64,000 nucleotides of DNA. Origin: Octopus vulgaris. Lineage: Eukaryota. Positions 44,298 to 60,000 of the stretch are shown here, in pieces. Under the pieces are notes generated by a model, which ran no database searches, was not told the origin of the DNA, and was given only the letters and a program-made list of their open reading frames with translations. Each line of letters starts with the position of its first letter. Positions within the stretch are counted from its first letter, which is position 1. Made by a program: the position numbers and the translations under genes. Location: positions 106,020,001 through 106,084,000 of the forward strand of contig OX597818.1 in the NCBI GenBank assembly GCA_951406725.2. Direction: 5' to 3'.

Positions 44298-47200
44298 TTA
44301 AAATGTTTTAGCTTGAAGGCCGCGGCCATGCTGGGGCACCACCGCTGAATGAGCTACACTAATATGTGAATCCACCTCTGATAGGTGGCACTTGATCAAC
44401 AAGGGAGTTCGATGCTGCTGCCCGCATCTGCATCTCCTGTCGTGAGGTAGGTTCATCTGGGACTCCTGACAAGAAGAGATCCAGTTTAGTTTTAAAGAAA
44501 CCCACATCCACACCATGTAAGTCTCTCAGGCATTTAGGGAGGATGTTAAAGAGCTGTGGTCCTCTGAAACCCAAGCTGTTGCAGTATCTGGACCTGTATT
44601 TTGATGGTGATGTTGGAATCTTTGGCACCATGCAGTGGCGCCCCGTTCTGCGGTTGGGGTAACTTTGAATGCCAAGATTTTCCAGATGTATATCACCGCA
44701 TATCTCTCCCGCCTCCGCTCTAGGGAGAAGAGGTTTAATACTTTCAGTCTTTCCCAGTAGCTGATATTTTCTTTGTGTAGCTTCTCTGAATTGCTTCGAG
44801 TTCTGCTGTTAGTTTTATATTGTGTGATGACCATAGTTGGGAGCAGTAGTCCAAGTGGCTGAGGACAAATGTTTTCCATAGGACCATCAGTGTCTCCTTC
44901 TCTCTTGTTCTGAAAGTTCGGAGAATCCATCCAGCTAGCCGTCTGCATTTTATCACCAGATTAGTACTATGCACTTGGAAAGATGCATCATTGCTCATGT
45001 CAATGCCCAGGTCACGCACTGATTTTGACTCAGGGATTGCAATTCTTCCTGGGCCAGTGTATCCAGTCTGCACGTTGTTTACCTTTGTGTGCCAGTAGCG
45101 CAGGGCCTGGAACTTACCTGCATTAAACTGCATGTTGTTGTCCTCAGCCCACCTGTATATTGTGTCCAGCTCCTGTTGCAGATGCACAATATTTTCAGGG
45201 TTTTGTATTGTGTGGGAGACTTTTGTGTCATCTGCATAGCTAGCAAGGGTGGTCATCGTAGCAACTGAAGGCATGTCTGAAAGGGCCACTATGAACATCA
45301 GTGGCCCCAAGACAGTGCCCTGTGGGACACCGCTTGTTATTTGTGTTTCCTTGGAGGTGGCTCCATTGCTCACAACTGCCTGTTTTCTGTCTTTTAGGAA
45401 GTTGTGCAGCCACTCTCCAAGTTTTCCGCCTATGCCGAGACCACGCAGTTTGTGACAGATCATACCATGGTCGACTTTATCAAAGGCTTTTGCAAAGTCG
45501 AGATATATTACAACCACATTTGTGCCATTTAGTAGCTGTTTCAACACCCAGTCATAGTGTTGCAGGAGCTGTGTTAGGCAGCTTCTACCTGGTCGAAATC
45601 CATGCTGGGTGTCAGACAGCAAGTCATTTTCTTCAAGGAACATGATTAGTTTCCATGACTTTGCTGATGTGTGAGGTCAGAGAGATAGGCTTATCATTTT
45701 TAGCATCTGCTCTGCTTCCTCCCTTATGGATAGGGCATATTATCTCTTCTTTCAATTTGACTGGGAGCTTACCACTTGCAAGAAAGCTCTGAAAAAGAAT
45801 CTGTAGTGGTTTTGCAAGGGCTCGTTTGCACAATTTGAGAAGGATCGCTGGAAATCCATCAGGTCCAGCAGCTGAGTTTATATCAATCTCATCTATGGTT
45901 AGTGTGATATCATCGTCAATGTTGATGTACTCAATTTTTGCCTCTTTAGCTACAGGTAAAGTGGCAAAAAATTCTTCTGGTTTGTTTACTTGCTTGTGTC
46001 CTAGAGGTGTAGTGAACACACTTTGGAACTGTTCATTCAGTATTTCACTTATCCTCATGAGATTTCCTGAGGGAACCATCTCTTTGGCAAACTTAAAGAA
46101 GGTTTTAGGGTTTGACTTGATGTTTTCTATTACCCAAGCTTCTTTATCTGATCTCTCTTTTTCATGCATCAGCAGACTTTTCTCAATTTCCATTAGCATT
46201 CTCTTGAGGCGAGGCTTCCCACCACTTTTGGTGTGCTTGCTCAGGTGGTTCACAATCCTTGTCTGTCATCTCATAAGAATCTTCCTTTCCCTAGGGATCC
46301 TGTTTTTGTGTGTGCTGGCCCTGTACACTGGGACATATTTGTCATATATGGCTTGTATTCTGGACATGAAATGTTTGTTTCATGTCAATGTCTGGTGTTC
46401 AAAGACATTTAGGCCAATCCTGTTTGAGGATCTCTTTCACAATCAACTTTCAATTTGGTTAATGAAAGTTTAGTTTGGAGAGATTGTGGATGCTTCGCAT
46501 AGACTGTGTGTCTGCAGGGGCTTTTGGTCCATACATAGACAGCTCTATTATATTGTGATCCGATACCAATGTCAGCATCACTTTAACATTATGGATAATG
46601 TCCATATTGTTTGTGAAGCAGAGATCCAGTATATCATTTGCCTTGGTTGTTTGCAGCACAATTTGCTCCATGAAAGAGGCATTTGTGAGGTGGAGCAGGG
46701 ACTCTGATGTAATCTCCAGGGATACAGGCATCCAGCAACAGGACCTCCGTAATGCCATGATGGACCGTGAAGTCTGGCGTAGCATGGTAAATTCCATTGT
46801 CTCGACCACGGTCGAACAATGATGATGAGGGACTCTGCCTGTGCTTGCTGATGGTGGGTCATCCCTGGAAGCATCTGCCCCCACCCCCCGGCCATTCCAC
46901 ATTGGGGAAGTTAAAGTCACCCATGAAGAATACACTGTTGTGGTGTTCCAGTTTGGTGAGAACTTCTCCTATTTTTGTTAGGCAGTCTTCAAACATGCTA
47001 GTGTGATTTGGGGCATCTGGTGGGCGATATGTAGTACATATGACAAAATTCAGTTGTCTTATGTGTACAATTTGAGTGTCACACACTGAGATTGAATATG
47101 ACAACAGGACTTGGGGCGTGAGGTCATCTCGGATGTACACTGTAACTCCACCATGACTCCTCCCTTTTATATCTGAGCATATGGCAACATATTACAGTAT

Positions 47201-48817
47201 GTTTAATTCTGCATCCTATATATCAGGTCCAAGATGTGTTTCTATGAGTGCCATGCATAGAGCTTGATTGCATGCCGCAAGGTCTTTCAGGAATGAGATT
47301 TTCCTTTTACAGTTGCCATGCAACAGTCCTCCTACATTTAGTAGATATATTTTTGTGACATGTGTGTTGGTGTTTGTGGTGGCCATCCTGCATCTGTTGG
47401 TGGTGGTAGGTATAGTTTCAGCTTTGTGTTTGTAGCCAAGTCAGCTTCTGGACAATTTTTTGTGCCATGCGCAAAAAAGATTGCTGTTCAGCTGCTGCCC
47501 TTCTCACATCTGGATGAAACTGGCCATTTGTTGGGCCATGGAGTATCCTTTTTGGATCATGCAATACATCTGCATATTGTCTTCTGGGAGTAGTTGGTGC
47601 ACCATTTTTCCTTCTTTGGTATCTTTCTTTTTCTTTTTGTTCTCTTCGTGGAAAGGATTGTTGTCTTGGGCCCATGCGGTTTTGGCAGGGCTTCTGATGT
47701 GCAAAACGACAGTTTGCACCATCGTTGCCATGCCAGCAGTTTCCTTGCAGGTAAAATTTGCAGATGCTCCTGCTTTTGCCCTTGAAACTCCTGTAGCTCT
47801 TGCTGGAGCTCTTCTGTTTTTTGTCTGAACAGTTTTTGTTGTGTTGTTTTTCTTTTTCTTTTCTTTTACCTCTTACTTTTCATTGCCTTCAGCAGCTTTT
47901 GCTCTGTTGGTTTTAAGATGCTTTTGTTTTTCGGCCATCACACCTCTTTAGTCTTCAGGCGTGTTGGGGGCTGGACAAGTGCCATTGTTTCCCTTGGTTG
48001 CAGGTCTCTCAGTTGTGTTTTTGGTTTTGCTCTTCTGAGGGACTGTTGAATCCTGGATGCTTTCTCCATCCTTTTTGTCATCCCTGGTGCAGTCACCTCC
48101 CAAGTGTGTCCATATGTTATCTAATTAGAGCATATGAACGGAGGAATTTGCGTTTTTTCCACTGTATCTGAGCGGTGGTCCTGGAGAAATCATTACTTTT
48201 AAGTGCTGCTGCAATGATGTTGTTTGGGGAGTCCCCTTCAGCAATCTTCCAGGCATGGACAAACAATTGCAATTCTTTTGCAGACCAGTTCCATGACACC
48301 TTTGCTTGGGATACAGTGAGAGAGTGAAATAGAGGAACAGAGAGAGGAGAGATAAGGAGATTGACCTGAGAGGGAGGGGAGAGAAGAGAAAAAAGCTGAA
48401 GGAGCGAAAGGGGGTGGCAGATCAGCCGGGAGGAAGAGAGAGAGAGAGACAAGGGGATTGACCTGAGAGGAGAGAGTGGCAGATCAGCAGAAGGAGGGAG
48501 GGAGAGAGAGCGAGATAGAGGTGTGGTAGAGAGAAAGAAGTAAAGGAACAGAGAGAGAGGAAGAGAGAGATAAGGGGATTGACCTGAGCGGGAGCAGAGA
48601 GAGAAGAGATATGGACTTAGAAATTTTAATATTTCTATTTTTGAAAACCAGTGGATGTATTCCACTGAATTTAGGTAAATAATCCTTCGAACAGACGGTT
48701 AGTAGCGACACCTGCTGCATTCAGCTGCTCTGCATTGATAAGGGGCAAATACCCTGAAACTAGTCTGCAGATGCCTGACCAGCAAGGGGAAGCAGCTGAC
48801 CTCCCCTGTTCGAAGGT
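44298..48817 (-). mobile_element. Near full-length but decayed CR1-like LINE (5' UTR, CCCH-finger ORF1, APE plus RT ORF2, 3' tail)
   Basis: ORF1 CKFYLQGNCWHGNDGANCRFAH (~47695-47765); APE GGVTVYIR..YRPPD..MGDFNFP; RT QHGFRPGRSCLTQLL..YLDFAKAFDKVDH..SGVPQGTVLGP..YADD; multiple frameshifts. Confidence 0.93.
46707..46827 (+). mobile_element. 121-bp 5'-truncated RTE-type LINE tail nested in the CR1-like LINE
   Basis: DVISRDTGIQQQDLRNAMMDREVWRSMV..* then (TGA)n; 10-bp TSD AGGGACTCTG at 46697-46706 and 46828-46837. Confidence 0.88.
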
Positions 48818-50450
<1,633 letters not shown>

Positions 50451-51690
50451 ATCTGTCAATCATGGGATACCATCCTGTCAATGACAGAATCATCACCCTA
50501 AGGCTGAGGGGTCACCCTCTAAACACTACACTCATCCAGGTTTACGCATCAATGAGCGAAGCAAATGAAGAAGAAATGCAGGATTTCTATGATGTTGTTC
50601 AGCAGACACTGGACAATGCTCCATGGAGAGATATTATCTTGATGGGAGATTGGAATGCCAAGGTGGGGAAGAGCATTACCAACAGTTTGAGTGTGGGCCA
50701 ACATGGGTTGGAGGAGAGGAATGAAAGAGGACAGGATCTGGTTGACCTTTTTATCACCAACAACCTAGTTATCAGTAACACCATCTTCCAGCATCACCTG
50801 AGAAGGTTGTACACTTGGACCAGCCCAGGAGACCGGTTTTGAAACCAGATTGACTACATCATGATTCAAGGATGATGGAAGTTGGCAGTCAAGAATGTAA
50901 GAACACGACCAGGGGCAGACTGCAGAAGTGATTATCAACTGCTGTGTGCAACGATTAAGATCCGGATGAGGTCACGGTGAAAGCAGACGAAAACAACACG
51001 GTACGGCATCACAAAGATCCTGGAGGCTTTCAGTGTTGAGATGCAGAATAGATTTCTACCGTTTCTCCAATCATACGATAATGGAGAGTGGAGAGTGGAG
51101 AAAATGGTCAACATTGCAAAGGAAGTTGCATTGAGGAATATTCCCAAATGATGGACTCTGAAGAGGCCATGGCTATCAGACAACACACTAGACATTGCAA
51201 GAAGAAGGAGGAAAGCAAAAGCAAGTGGAAACCATTAGGAATGGAGAGAACTTGACAAGCAATACAACAGACAGGCACTAGAGGACAAGAGGAACCATCT
51301 GGACCAAATATGTCTGGAGGTGGAAGATGCATCATAGAATGGTGACATCAAGTCTGTTCTTCGTTTGGTGAAGGAATTGAGTAGAAAGAGGAAGTGGATT
51401 CCATGTAGTGACGTCGTCAACGATTAAGAAGGTAACATCCTGACAGAGGAAGAGAGCATCAAAGCTATGTGGAGGGAATACAGCACCGATTTATACAGGA
51501 GGCAGGAAGATCTCCCTGCTCCACTCACTGTAGCCGAAGACAGAGAACTGGAACCACTCAAAGAAGTGAGGCAGGCACTGTACCATACCAAGATGGGAAA
51601 TATTGGGATAGAACTGTTGTGGAGACTGCGTGTCAAGATCAGGAACGACGTGGAGTGGCCGATCATCTTTATTCCCATGTACTCATCCAT
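50451..51690 (+). mobile_element. Degenerate RTE (BovB-like) LINE, endonuclease and linker region
   Basis: DRIITLRL..LIQVYA..MGDWNAKVG..ERNERG..RRLYTWTSPG..NQIDYI..RPGADC.SD. Confidence 0.88.
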
Positions 51691-52745
51691 CAAGGGTACA
51701 TGTTATTACGGATTGGTGGTTTTCTGTATGCTATTTGTCTTTCATGTCTTTTTTCCTTTGAATTTATCCATCTATGGTGTTTGGACTTATGGGTTGATGG
51801 TTGTCTTCTATAATTCATGTTTTGGCTACTTGCAGAATTATGTATTGTAGAATATGGGTTTCTAGTCTGTACTTGAGTTGAGATGGAGGTCATTTCCACG
51901 TATGTTCTTGGGTAATTAGAGGTTCAATACCTTAGTCTGGTTCCTCTGGGGTTGGTGTCTGTTTGTTTTCGATTTCCTCATATATTTTTGCTGTTGTGGT
52001 TTCGTTTTCATTATGGAAATGTTCAGGTATATATATATGTGTAGCATTGGGATGGTCTAGCTTTACATTTTATATATATATATATATTGTTTTATTTATT
52101 TAAAAAAAATTTAATTTGGAAATATACTAATGTTTTTTTTCATGCAGAACTACATTTCATCAAAAAATTCTCTCCAAGATTGAATGTTTGAAAGAAAAAG
52201 GGAGATAGTACATTTTGTATTCTAAATATAACTCAAAGAAGAGCAAAAGAAAGAAAGAGAAGAGAAAAAAGGGGGGCGAGAGAGAAAGAAAGCAAAAAGA
52301 CTTTCAGTGATGATGACCACACTGCATTTGTTTTTCTTTTTTTTTTTTTGGTTTTTTGAAGAGGTCACCATCTTTAAACCCATTCCAATACAATGGTAAA
52401 TGACTAAATGAGTAAATAAATGGTGAATAGGAAGGGGGATCTCCCATATATCTATATATCTATCTATCTATCTATCTTTCTATCTATATACCTACCTACC
52501 TACCTACCTATCTACCTACTTATCTACCCACCCACCTGTATTTCTATCTATCTCCATTGACACAGAACAAAAACAATGTTCTCTTCTTCTAAACAAAACC
52601 TCCAAGAAACATCTGTTTTATATAAATGAACAAGCTGTTTTTACATTCGAAAAACTTTATTTGACAAGTTTGAGAAACAAACAAAAGCGCTAATAATGAA
52701 GAAATGAAAAGATTTTTTCCCAAAATTCTGACAACTGATTTCTCA

Positions 52746-52788
<43 letters not shown>

Positions 52789-52821
52789 TATATATATATA
52801 TGTATATATTTATTTATTTAT

Positions 52822-53165
52822 TTACCAGTTTCAGCTTAAAGCTGTGGCCATGCTGGGGCACCTGTTTTGCTACACTATTATTAGTGAGAGCCTCCTCTGA
52901 TATGTGAAATTTGGTGAGTAAGGGAGTTAGATATCACTGCCCTCATTTGCACCTCTTGCTGTGAGGTAGGTTCATCTGGGACTCTCGACAGGAAGAGATC
53001 CAGTTTTGATTTGAAAACACCTACATCCACTTTGTGTGGGATCTCTGGCACCATGCAGTGGCAACCTGTTCTGGCATTTGTGTAGCCTTCAATGCCAAAA
53101 TTTGGCACAATCCATTCCAGGATCTTCCAGATGTATAGTACTGTATATCTCTCTCGCTTTCACCC
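52822..53165 (-). mobile_element. CR1-like LINE 3' fragment
   Basis: PNFGIEGYTNARTGCHCMVP..VDVGVFKSKLDLFLSRVPDEP; tail GGTGCCCCAGCATGGCC. Confidence 0.85.
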
Positions 53166-53173
53166 CAGATGTG

Positions 53174-53242
<69 letters not shown>

Positions 53243-53264
53243 AATCTTACAAACCAATTCCAAA

Positions 53265-53307
<43 letters not shown>

Positions 53308-53465
53308 TTATGAGAGGTAATGGTGTCAAGAAGACCCAAAGGTGTCAGGTAATGCTGAGTAAGTGCTATGGACAGACTATAGTTAAGCTCCAGGTTTGGT
53401 GACTATGCGAATGAGGAGTCCAACATAGGTGATATATCAGCATGTATATATAAAAAAGTTAACAG

Positions 53466-53552
53466 AATGAGATAAAAATCCAAGGCTGTGAAAGATCTCA
53501 GAACATTTATAAATGTTCTGAAATCTTTCACAGCCTTGGATTTTATCTCATT
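53466..53552. repeat. ~86-bp near-perfect palindrome
   Basis: AATGAGATAAAAATCCAAGGCTGTGAAAGATCTCAGAACATTT-AT-AAATGTTCTGAAATCTTTCACAGCCTTGGATTTTATCTCATT. Confidence 0.92.
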
Positions 53553-54276
53553 TTATCTCATTATCAATTTATGTGTATATATATATATGTATATTTGAAA
53601 AAAGAATGACTTCACTGGAAGTTCTAATCAGTTTAATTTATTATTTTATAATTTTTTAAAAATATAAATTTTACACTTTAGTTCATAGATCTAGTAAGTT
53701 CTTTGCTATCTTGAGTGGGGAGATTTTTTTGCAAAAATTCCTTGTTAATTTTTCTGGAAAACTTTATTGCATTCCTTGTCAAACAGATCTGATGGTTTGG
53801 GGTCTTTATGATTCTATATATGGGATTTGGGTGTGTTTGGAGTGGAGATGGGGTGTGTTAATCAGTGTGAGAGTGAAAGAGTGTTGATGAATAAGAGCTG
53901 AAGGAAAATAGTGAATGGTCAAAACAAGATACTTGATTGGGGGTGGAGTTAGGAGGTGGTGGGGTGTTAAATGAGTGTTTTGTGAAGCCATTTGAATAGT
54001 TGACAATGGTCAAATGTTTTTTCTAAATTCTTTCTCTTAGTAGTTTTCTGTTTTAGGTGTGTGTCAGGGGTGGTAGTGTCTTTTGATAAAAATATTTGTT
54101 GATAGAAATGCTTTTTAATATATATTTTAGTTTCGGAGGGGAGGTGGGGGGATATCATACTAGCTCACATATCTACTTCCCTACATATAATAAACAAAAA
54201 GTATATATACACATTCCTCTCTCTCTCACTCTTCTCTCTCTCTCTCTCTTGCTCTCTCCATATATATATATATATA

Positions 54277-55485
54277 TCATCATCATCATCATCGTTTAGC
54301 ATCTGCTTTCCATGCTAGCATGGGTTGGACGGTTCAACTGGGGTCTGGGAAGCCAGAAGGCTGCACCAGGCCCAGTCTGATCTGGCAATGTTTCTACAGC
54401 TGGATGCCCTTCCTAACGCCAACCACTCCGTGAGTGTAGTGGGTGCTTTTTACGTGCCACCGGTACAGGTGCCAGATGATGCTGGCAAACGGCCATGATC
54501 GGATGGTGCTTTTTATGTGTCACCGGCACGAGGCTAGTCGGGGCAGCGCTGGCAACGGCCCCGTTCGGATGGTTCTCTTACGTGCCACCGGCACTGGTAT
54601 CACAGCTGCAAATTCCATTGATGTTGATCGATTTCGATTTCTCACTTGCCTCAACAGGTCTTCACAAGTAGAGTTTTGTGTTCCCAGAAGGAAAGGTATG
54701 CATAAGTGGACTGGCACATCCCGGGTTATGGTCTCACTTGTCCTGCCGGGTCTTCTCATGCACTGCACACTTCCAAAGGTCTCGGTCTCTAGTCATTTCC
54801 TTAGTGAGACCTAAAGTTCGAAGGTCGTGCTTCACCACCTCGTCCCAGGTCTTCCTGGGTCTGCCTCTTCCACAGGTTCCCTCAACCGCTAGGGTATGGC
54901 ACTTTTTCACACAACTATCTTCATCCATTCTTGCCACATGACCATACCAGCGCAAATGTCTCTCTTGCACACCACAACTGATGCTTCTTAGGTCCAGCTT
55001 TTCTCTCAAGGTATTTACACTCTGTCGAGTATGAACACTGACATTACACATCCATCGGATCATACTGGCTTCATTTCTTGTGAGCTTACCCATATCCTCA
55101 GCAGTCATGGCCCATGTTTCACTGCCATGTAGCATGGCTGCTCATACACACGCGTCATACAAGAGGCCTTTTGTCACCAGCAGAGGTAAGAGCTTTCTGA
55201 ACTTTGCCCAAGCTATTCTTACTCTAGCAGCTACACTTTCAGCACACCCACCCCCGCTACTGACTTGGTCACCTAGGTAACGGAAGCTATCAACTATTTC
55301 TAGTTTTTCTCCCTGGAATGTGGCAGAAGTTGGTCTCAGAGCATTTTCAGTGTTTATTGCTCCCAAGCATCTGCCACATACAAAAAACTATCTTCCTAGT
55401 TAGCCTTCCTTTGACATTGCTGCACCTCTTATGTGTCCATAGCTTACACTTGGTGCATCTTATAGAGTTTCTACCTACATCTTTT
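54277..55485 (-). mobile_element. RTE-clade LINE 3' part (PHD-like insert, RT C-terminus, 3' UTR, (TGA)n tail)
   Basis: VDSFRYLGD..AWAKFR.LLPLL..MLHGSETWA..MIRWMCNV..LRWYGHVARM..GRGRPRKTWDEVV..DRDLWK. Confidence 0.92.
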
Positions 55486-55702
55486 CTATATATATATATA
55501 TATGCACATATATATATAAATAAATGCACGTATATCTATCTACACATACATACATATATATATAGAGTAAAATATTCTGTTTTATTGACTTTGAGAAACT
55601 CCGTTTCATGTAACCAATCCTCAGACCAGTAAGCAATGGTTTGTAAATGTTTTATAGACCAGCGTGTTGTTCCAAAAGTTCATTTCTGTCTACTGATCAA
55701 TT

Positions 55703-55703
<1 letters not shown>

Positions 55704-55753
<50 letters not shown>
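55704..55753. repeat. (AAT)n microsatellite
   Basis: Direct reading. Confidence 0.95.
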
Positions 55754-56867
55754 TTTATTTGGATATTAACCCTGGTATTTACCCTGTTAAGCTCATTTAT
55801 AGGTATTAGCTATTAGAAAAGATAATAATCTGGAGATTGTTTTATCAAACAAGAGTCTGAAAATCCATAAACATCCATAGGATTTTTACAATTACAAAGA
55901 AAGAGTGGGCAAGTTTTTCATTACATCAAATTACATCTGAATTTGATCTCATCAATTTTGTATATAGCAACGATATATGCAACTATTGCACATGTAATAA
56001 TATATGCAGCTGTTGGTTCTTTAGGTGTCATTGAAATGATACATACCAAACCAGACTCATCAGAATTAGGTATAAGGAGTCATTTGCTGCAGGAACTTGA
56101 ATTATCTAGAATTTACACATAAACCACGCTCTATTACAGGATTGCCTTTATATATTACAAACAAAACAAATCACCAGAGTGAATTAACTGGCCAAGGAAG
56201 AAAAAAAAAGAAACAGAAAAAATATCTTTTTCTTTTCAGGTGTAATAATGAAATATTTACTTATTATCAGTTTCTATAACAACAAAAAGATTTTATAGTT
56301 GTGTTCTTTATTAATATTTTATGGTTCTTAAAGTGTATCTATTTTAATAGCTATTTAGATCACAAAGCTCTAACATACATCTACCATTTTATCACTCTAA
56401 AGTCTGTTGTCTGCCAAATTATAGCAGTCAGCCAGAATGTTATCAATCTAGAAGTCCAGGATCAGCTACCTCAATAGCCAGTGGTCACATATACATACAG
56501 AAAAAGATATAGAAGATTCATACTCACAAATGTTTTTAAAGGCTTATATGCTGCATCTTAAGTAGAAAAAAAAAGGACAGAGTAAATTAATTTATATACA
56601 TATTCAAAGGATCATTTTTGTGTGTTTACAAATGAATGAAAATTTTAAAATTCTTCATCCTTATATTCATTTTGACTCATTCATATTCTCTGACTCAAAG
56701 ATTATTCAATCATAAATTAATGTAGATATAATGGTACGCCTTGGATATATATATTAATAATACCCAAATTTCAAAGTCCCAAGTAAAGTCATTTGAAGGC
56801 TGGGATATATGTATTCCTGATACACCCACATAGAATTCCAATTAGAAGTCTTTCCAAAATGGGTTTT

Positions 56868-58093
56868 GAATGGTAATCAGAGCAATGAAATTTTCGATTT
56901 CGAACTGAAAGTTTATTTTACTTTATGTCAACAAAAAGTAATGCAGTTAATCAAAGCATGCACCTAAATTATCAACACAATTTTGCAATTTTTATTAGTA
57001 GCTTATTTATGCTGGCAGCGAAGAGGTGATGAAATCACAAAGGGCTGTTTTTGCGCTTTCTTCAGATTTGAAGTTTTTTCCTTGCGAAAGTTGTCTAATG
57101 CCTGGAAAACAAGATAATCAGTTGGTGCAAGGTCTGGTGAATATGGTGGGTGATCAAATACTTCCAAGTTCAGTTCCTGTAACTTGAGTAGCATTCTTTG
57201 TGCAGCATGTGGTCGAGCATTGTCTTGCAAGATAATTGGCCTGTCTCTTTTGACCAATCTCAGTTGTTTAATTGCAATTTCACTCATCATTTCATCTAAT
57301 TAGTTGATGTATACATCCTCTGTAATTGACTTACGAAGTCTCATGAAGCCTTTTTTGGTGAATATTCTTTTTTGGATTGTGTTTTGGTACTTTGTCTCTA
57401 TCCAACCATCATACAGAATGCTTGCTATTGTTGAAAAGTATCCATTTTTCATCACACATAACAATATGATGCAAAAGTCATTCGCTTTTATGCTGTAACA
57501 GCAAAGAACAGCAAATTTCAAGATGACATGTCATTTGATGCTCATTCAGTTCGTGTGGTACCTACTTGTCCAGCTTCTTTACTTTGCCAATTTGTTTCAG
57601 ATGGTCCAATACAGTTAGAATCAAAACATCCAACCTTGCTACTAACTCACACATAGTTTGAGATGTATCTGCTTCCACTACTGTTTCCAGCTCATCATTA
57701 TCCATCTTGGTCTCAGGTCTACCATGGGGCTGATTTTCAAAAGTATAGTCACCAGACCAGAACTTCTCAAACCATCAACATATAGTGCACTTATTCGTCA
57801 CATCTCCATTAAATACCTGTTGATGTTTTGAGCTGTCTGGGATTCATTGGTTTCCTGATGGAACTCATATTCATAAACAACATGAATTTTTTATCTATCC
57901 ACGTGTTCACAAAAATTGATTTACAAGAGAAAACTCACAATGTAATCAGACACCATGAATTGCATTTCGAAAAGTGATGATGTAACTCTTCAGTGTTGTA
58001 AAGCAATGAATTGTCAGGATAAAATTTTAGTGTTAATGACTGTCAAACTTGGTGCATAAGAAAATCAGACATTTCATTCTTAATGACCTGATA
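56868..58093 (-). mobile_element. Decayed mariner (Tc1/mariner, DD34D-type) DNA transposon
   Basis: YEYEF..TAQNIN..GRP..VPHEL..CDEKWI..LQDNARPH..HPPYSPDLAPTDY..CVDNLGACFD*; degenerate TIRs at ~56870-56900 and ~58062-58093. Confidence 0.9.
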
Positions 58094-58605
58094 CTTTGAC
58101 AATGTCCTTCTCTCAATCACTGAATGCCAATTATAGTGGTTTGCTATTAGCTAACAACCTCTGCAATTGTCTTACTAAGAACGGGACATGGTTGGTCTCT
58201 GATCTGGCACAATCCCAACAGCTCATCTTAAGCTAATTCTTTTCCTAATTATTTGGAAACTTGACCTGTCAATTTGATGCACTGTCCCAATCTGTTTACT
58301 GTCAGATTGTCACACAATCTATGACATAGCACAGCTCTGATCTTCATGATGTAGGATATTGGCAAAACTTTTACTTGCAGCTTTTCTCTTAGCTAGGTTT
58401 ATCTGATGTATAACTACATGGTACCATTCTTACCACCCACTCTCTTTTTTTTTCATCCTTTACAAGCCTGTCTCTTGGCTTTTATGGATCCATTTGTTGT
58501 ATCCAGGTAGGATTTACTACCCTTCATTTGGAATTGGTCCTACAAAAATGCAAAGGACCATCGAAGTGAAAAACAAATTGGATAAAAATATACAGCATAT
58601 GAGTA

Positions 58606-58677
<72 letters not shown>

Positions 58678-59338
58678 CTGATAACTAGCAGCAACCAAAA
58701 AGTTAAAGGATTTGGAACCCACTAATTTTAACGACTATAACAGATTCATAACATTATCTATGATTCTAAGTTGATGTGTGTGTGTGTACAGAAAGAGAGA
58801 GATATGTGAATTTTAATGGGGATCTGCTATGACTAGATTTTAAAATGTTCTCTTAAGCTTCCCAAGTTTACAGATTTTATTTTTTTTAGTCTACCACAGA
58901 AAATAAATACTCACATACACACATCAATGTATAAAAGTGAACATATGGAGGGCTGAAACTAAATGCTGTAATGCATACACTTGATAACAGCAGCAACAAG
59001 AACAACGACAGTAATCATATCAACAACAAACAAGAACATCAACAGCAACAACAAAGAGAAATTTTCTGGATACAGTCATATCCAGAGATAACAGCAATAG
59101 AGTGAGAGGAGGAGAAGAAGAAGAAGGTAAAGAGAAAATGGAAGAGAAGGGAAAGAATCAATAGATATGGGTATATATAGAAAGACAAGGAGTTATACAA
59201 TGCATAATCCCATGGTTCTAGGCATTGTTCTGTAAGTGAAACAAATGATATATTGTTAGTTTTGCTTGTTGCCAAATGTGTAGAAGTTTTAATATGATAT
59301 CAGCATTATTGAATAAACCAGCATATATTAATGGCACA

Positions 59339-59374
<36 letters not shown>

Positions 59375-59796
59375 TAAAGACACTGTTATGCATTCACACA
59401 TACACACAGGCATATAATTATATGTATGTATAAGTAAACACACACACATACACAAAAGAAATAGTCCAGCATAAATATACATATATGAATAAATAAGAAT
59501 TGATGATGAGTTATGTTAGGTCTGTTTGCCTGGCTCTCTGTATGATATGCACGAAGAGATAGAGATATATGAGCATGTGTATGTGTATATACGTATATAT
59601 TTTTAATATTTCTACATTAATTTTGCATGTATGCATGAGTGAGTATGTGTGTGTATGTGTTATTGTGTGTGTGTTATAATTTAGTGAATGAAACCAACAT
59701 TGGCAACTACTGACAGGTCTTTTGCATGAAAATCATGCTATTCTCTTGGTTACTATGGTATTGCATACTTTTTCTGTCATTCATTGATATTGCTTG

Positions 59797-59833
<37 letters not shown>

Positions 59834-60000
59834 GTGTGTGTGTATATATATATATATAATACAAATAAGAAAATGGAGGAACAAATTCTTTTCAATCTTC
59901 AACTTACAGATATTACCATTTCATATTAGTTATTAACCATATAAATAGGAACATCCAAATCAAACAAAACAATATACCATAAGAATAATACACATAAAAT

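Noticed and set aside
51690-54130. Possible Penelope RT/linker remnants on the - strand (51690-52050, 53600-54130)
   Set aside because: Only faint motifs (YRRQP, IPYI); not enough to call
55990-56280. Possible small exons (splice-like motifs on both strands)
   Set aside because: No recognisable peptide or consistent exon chain
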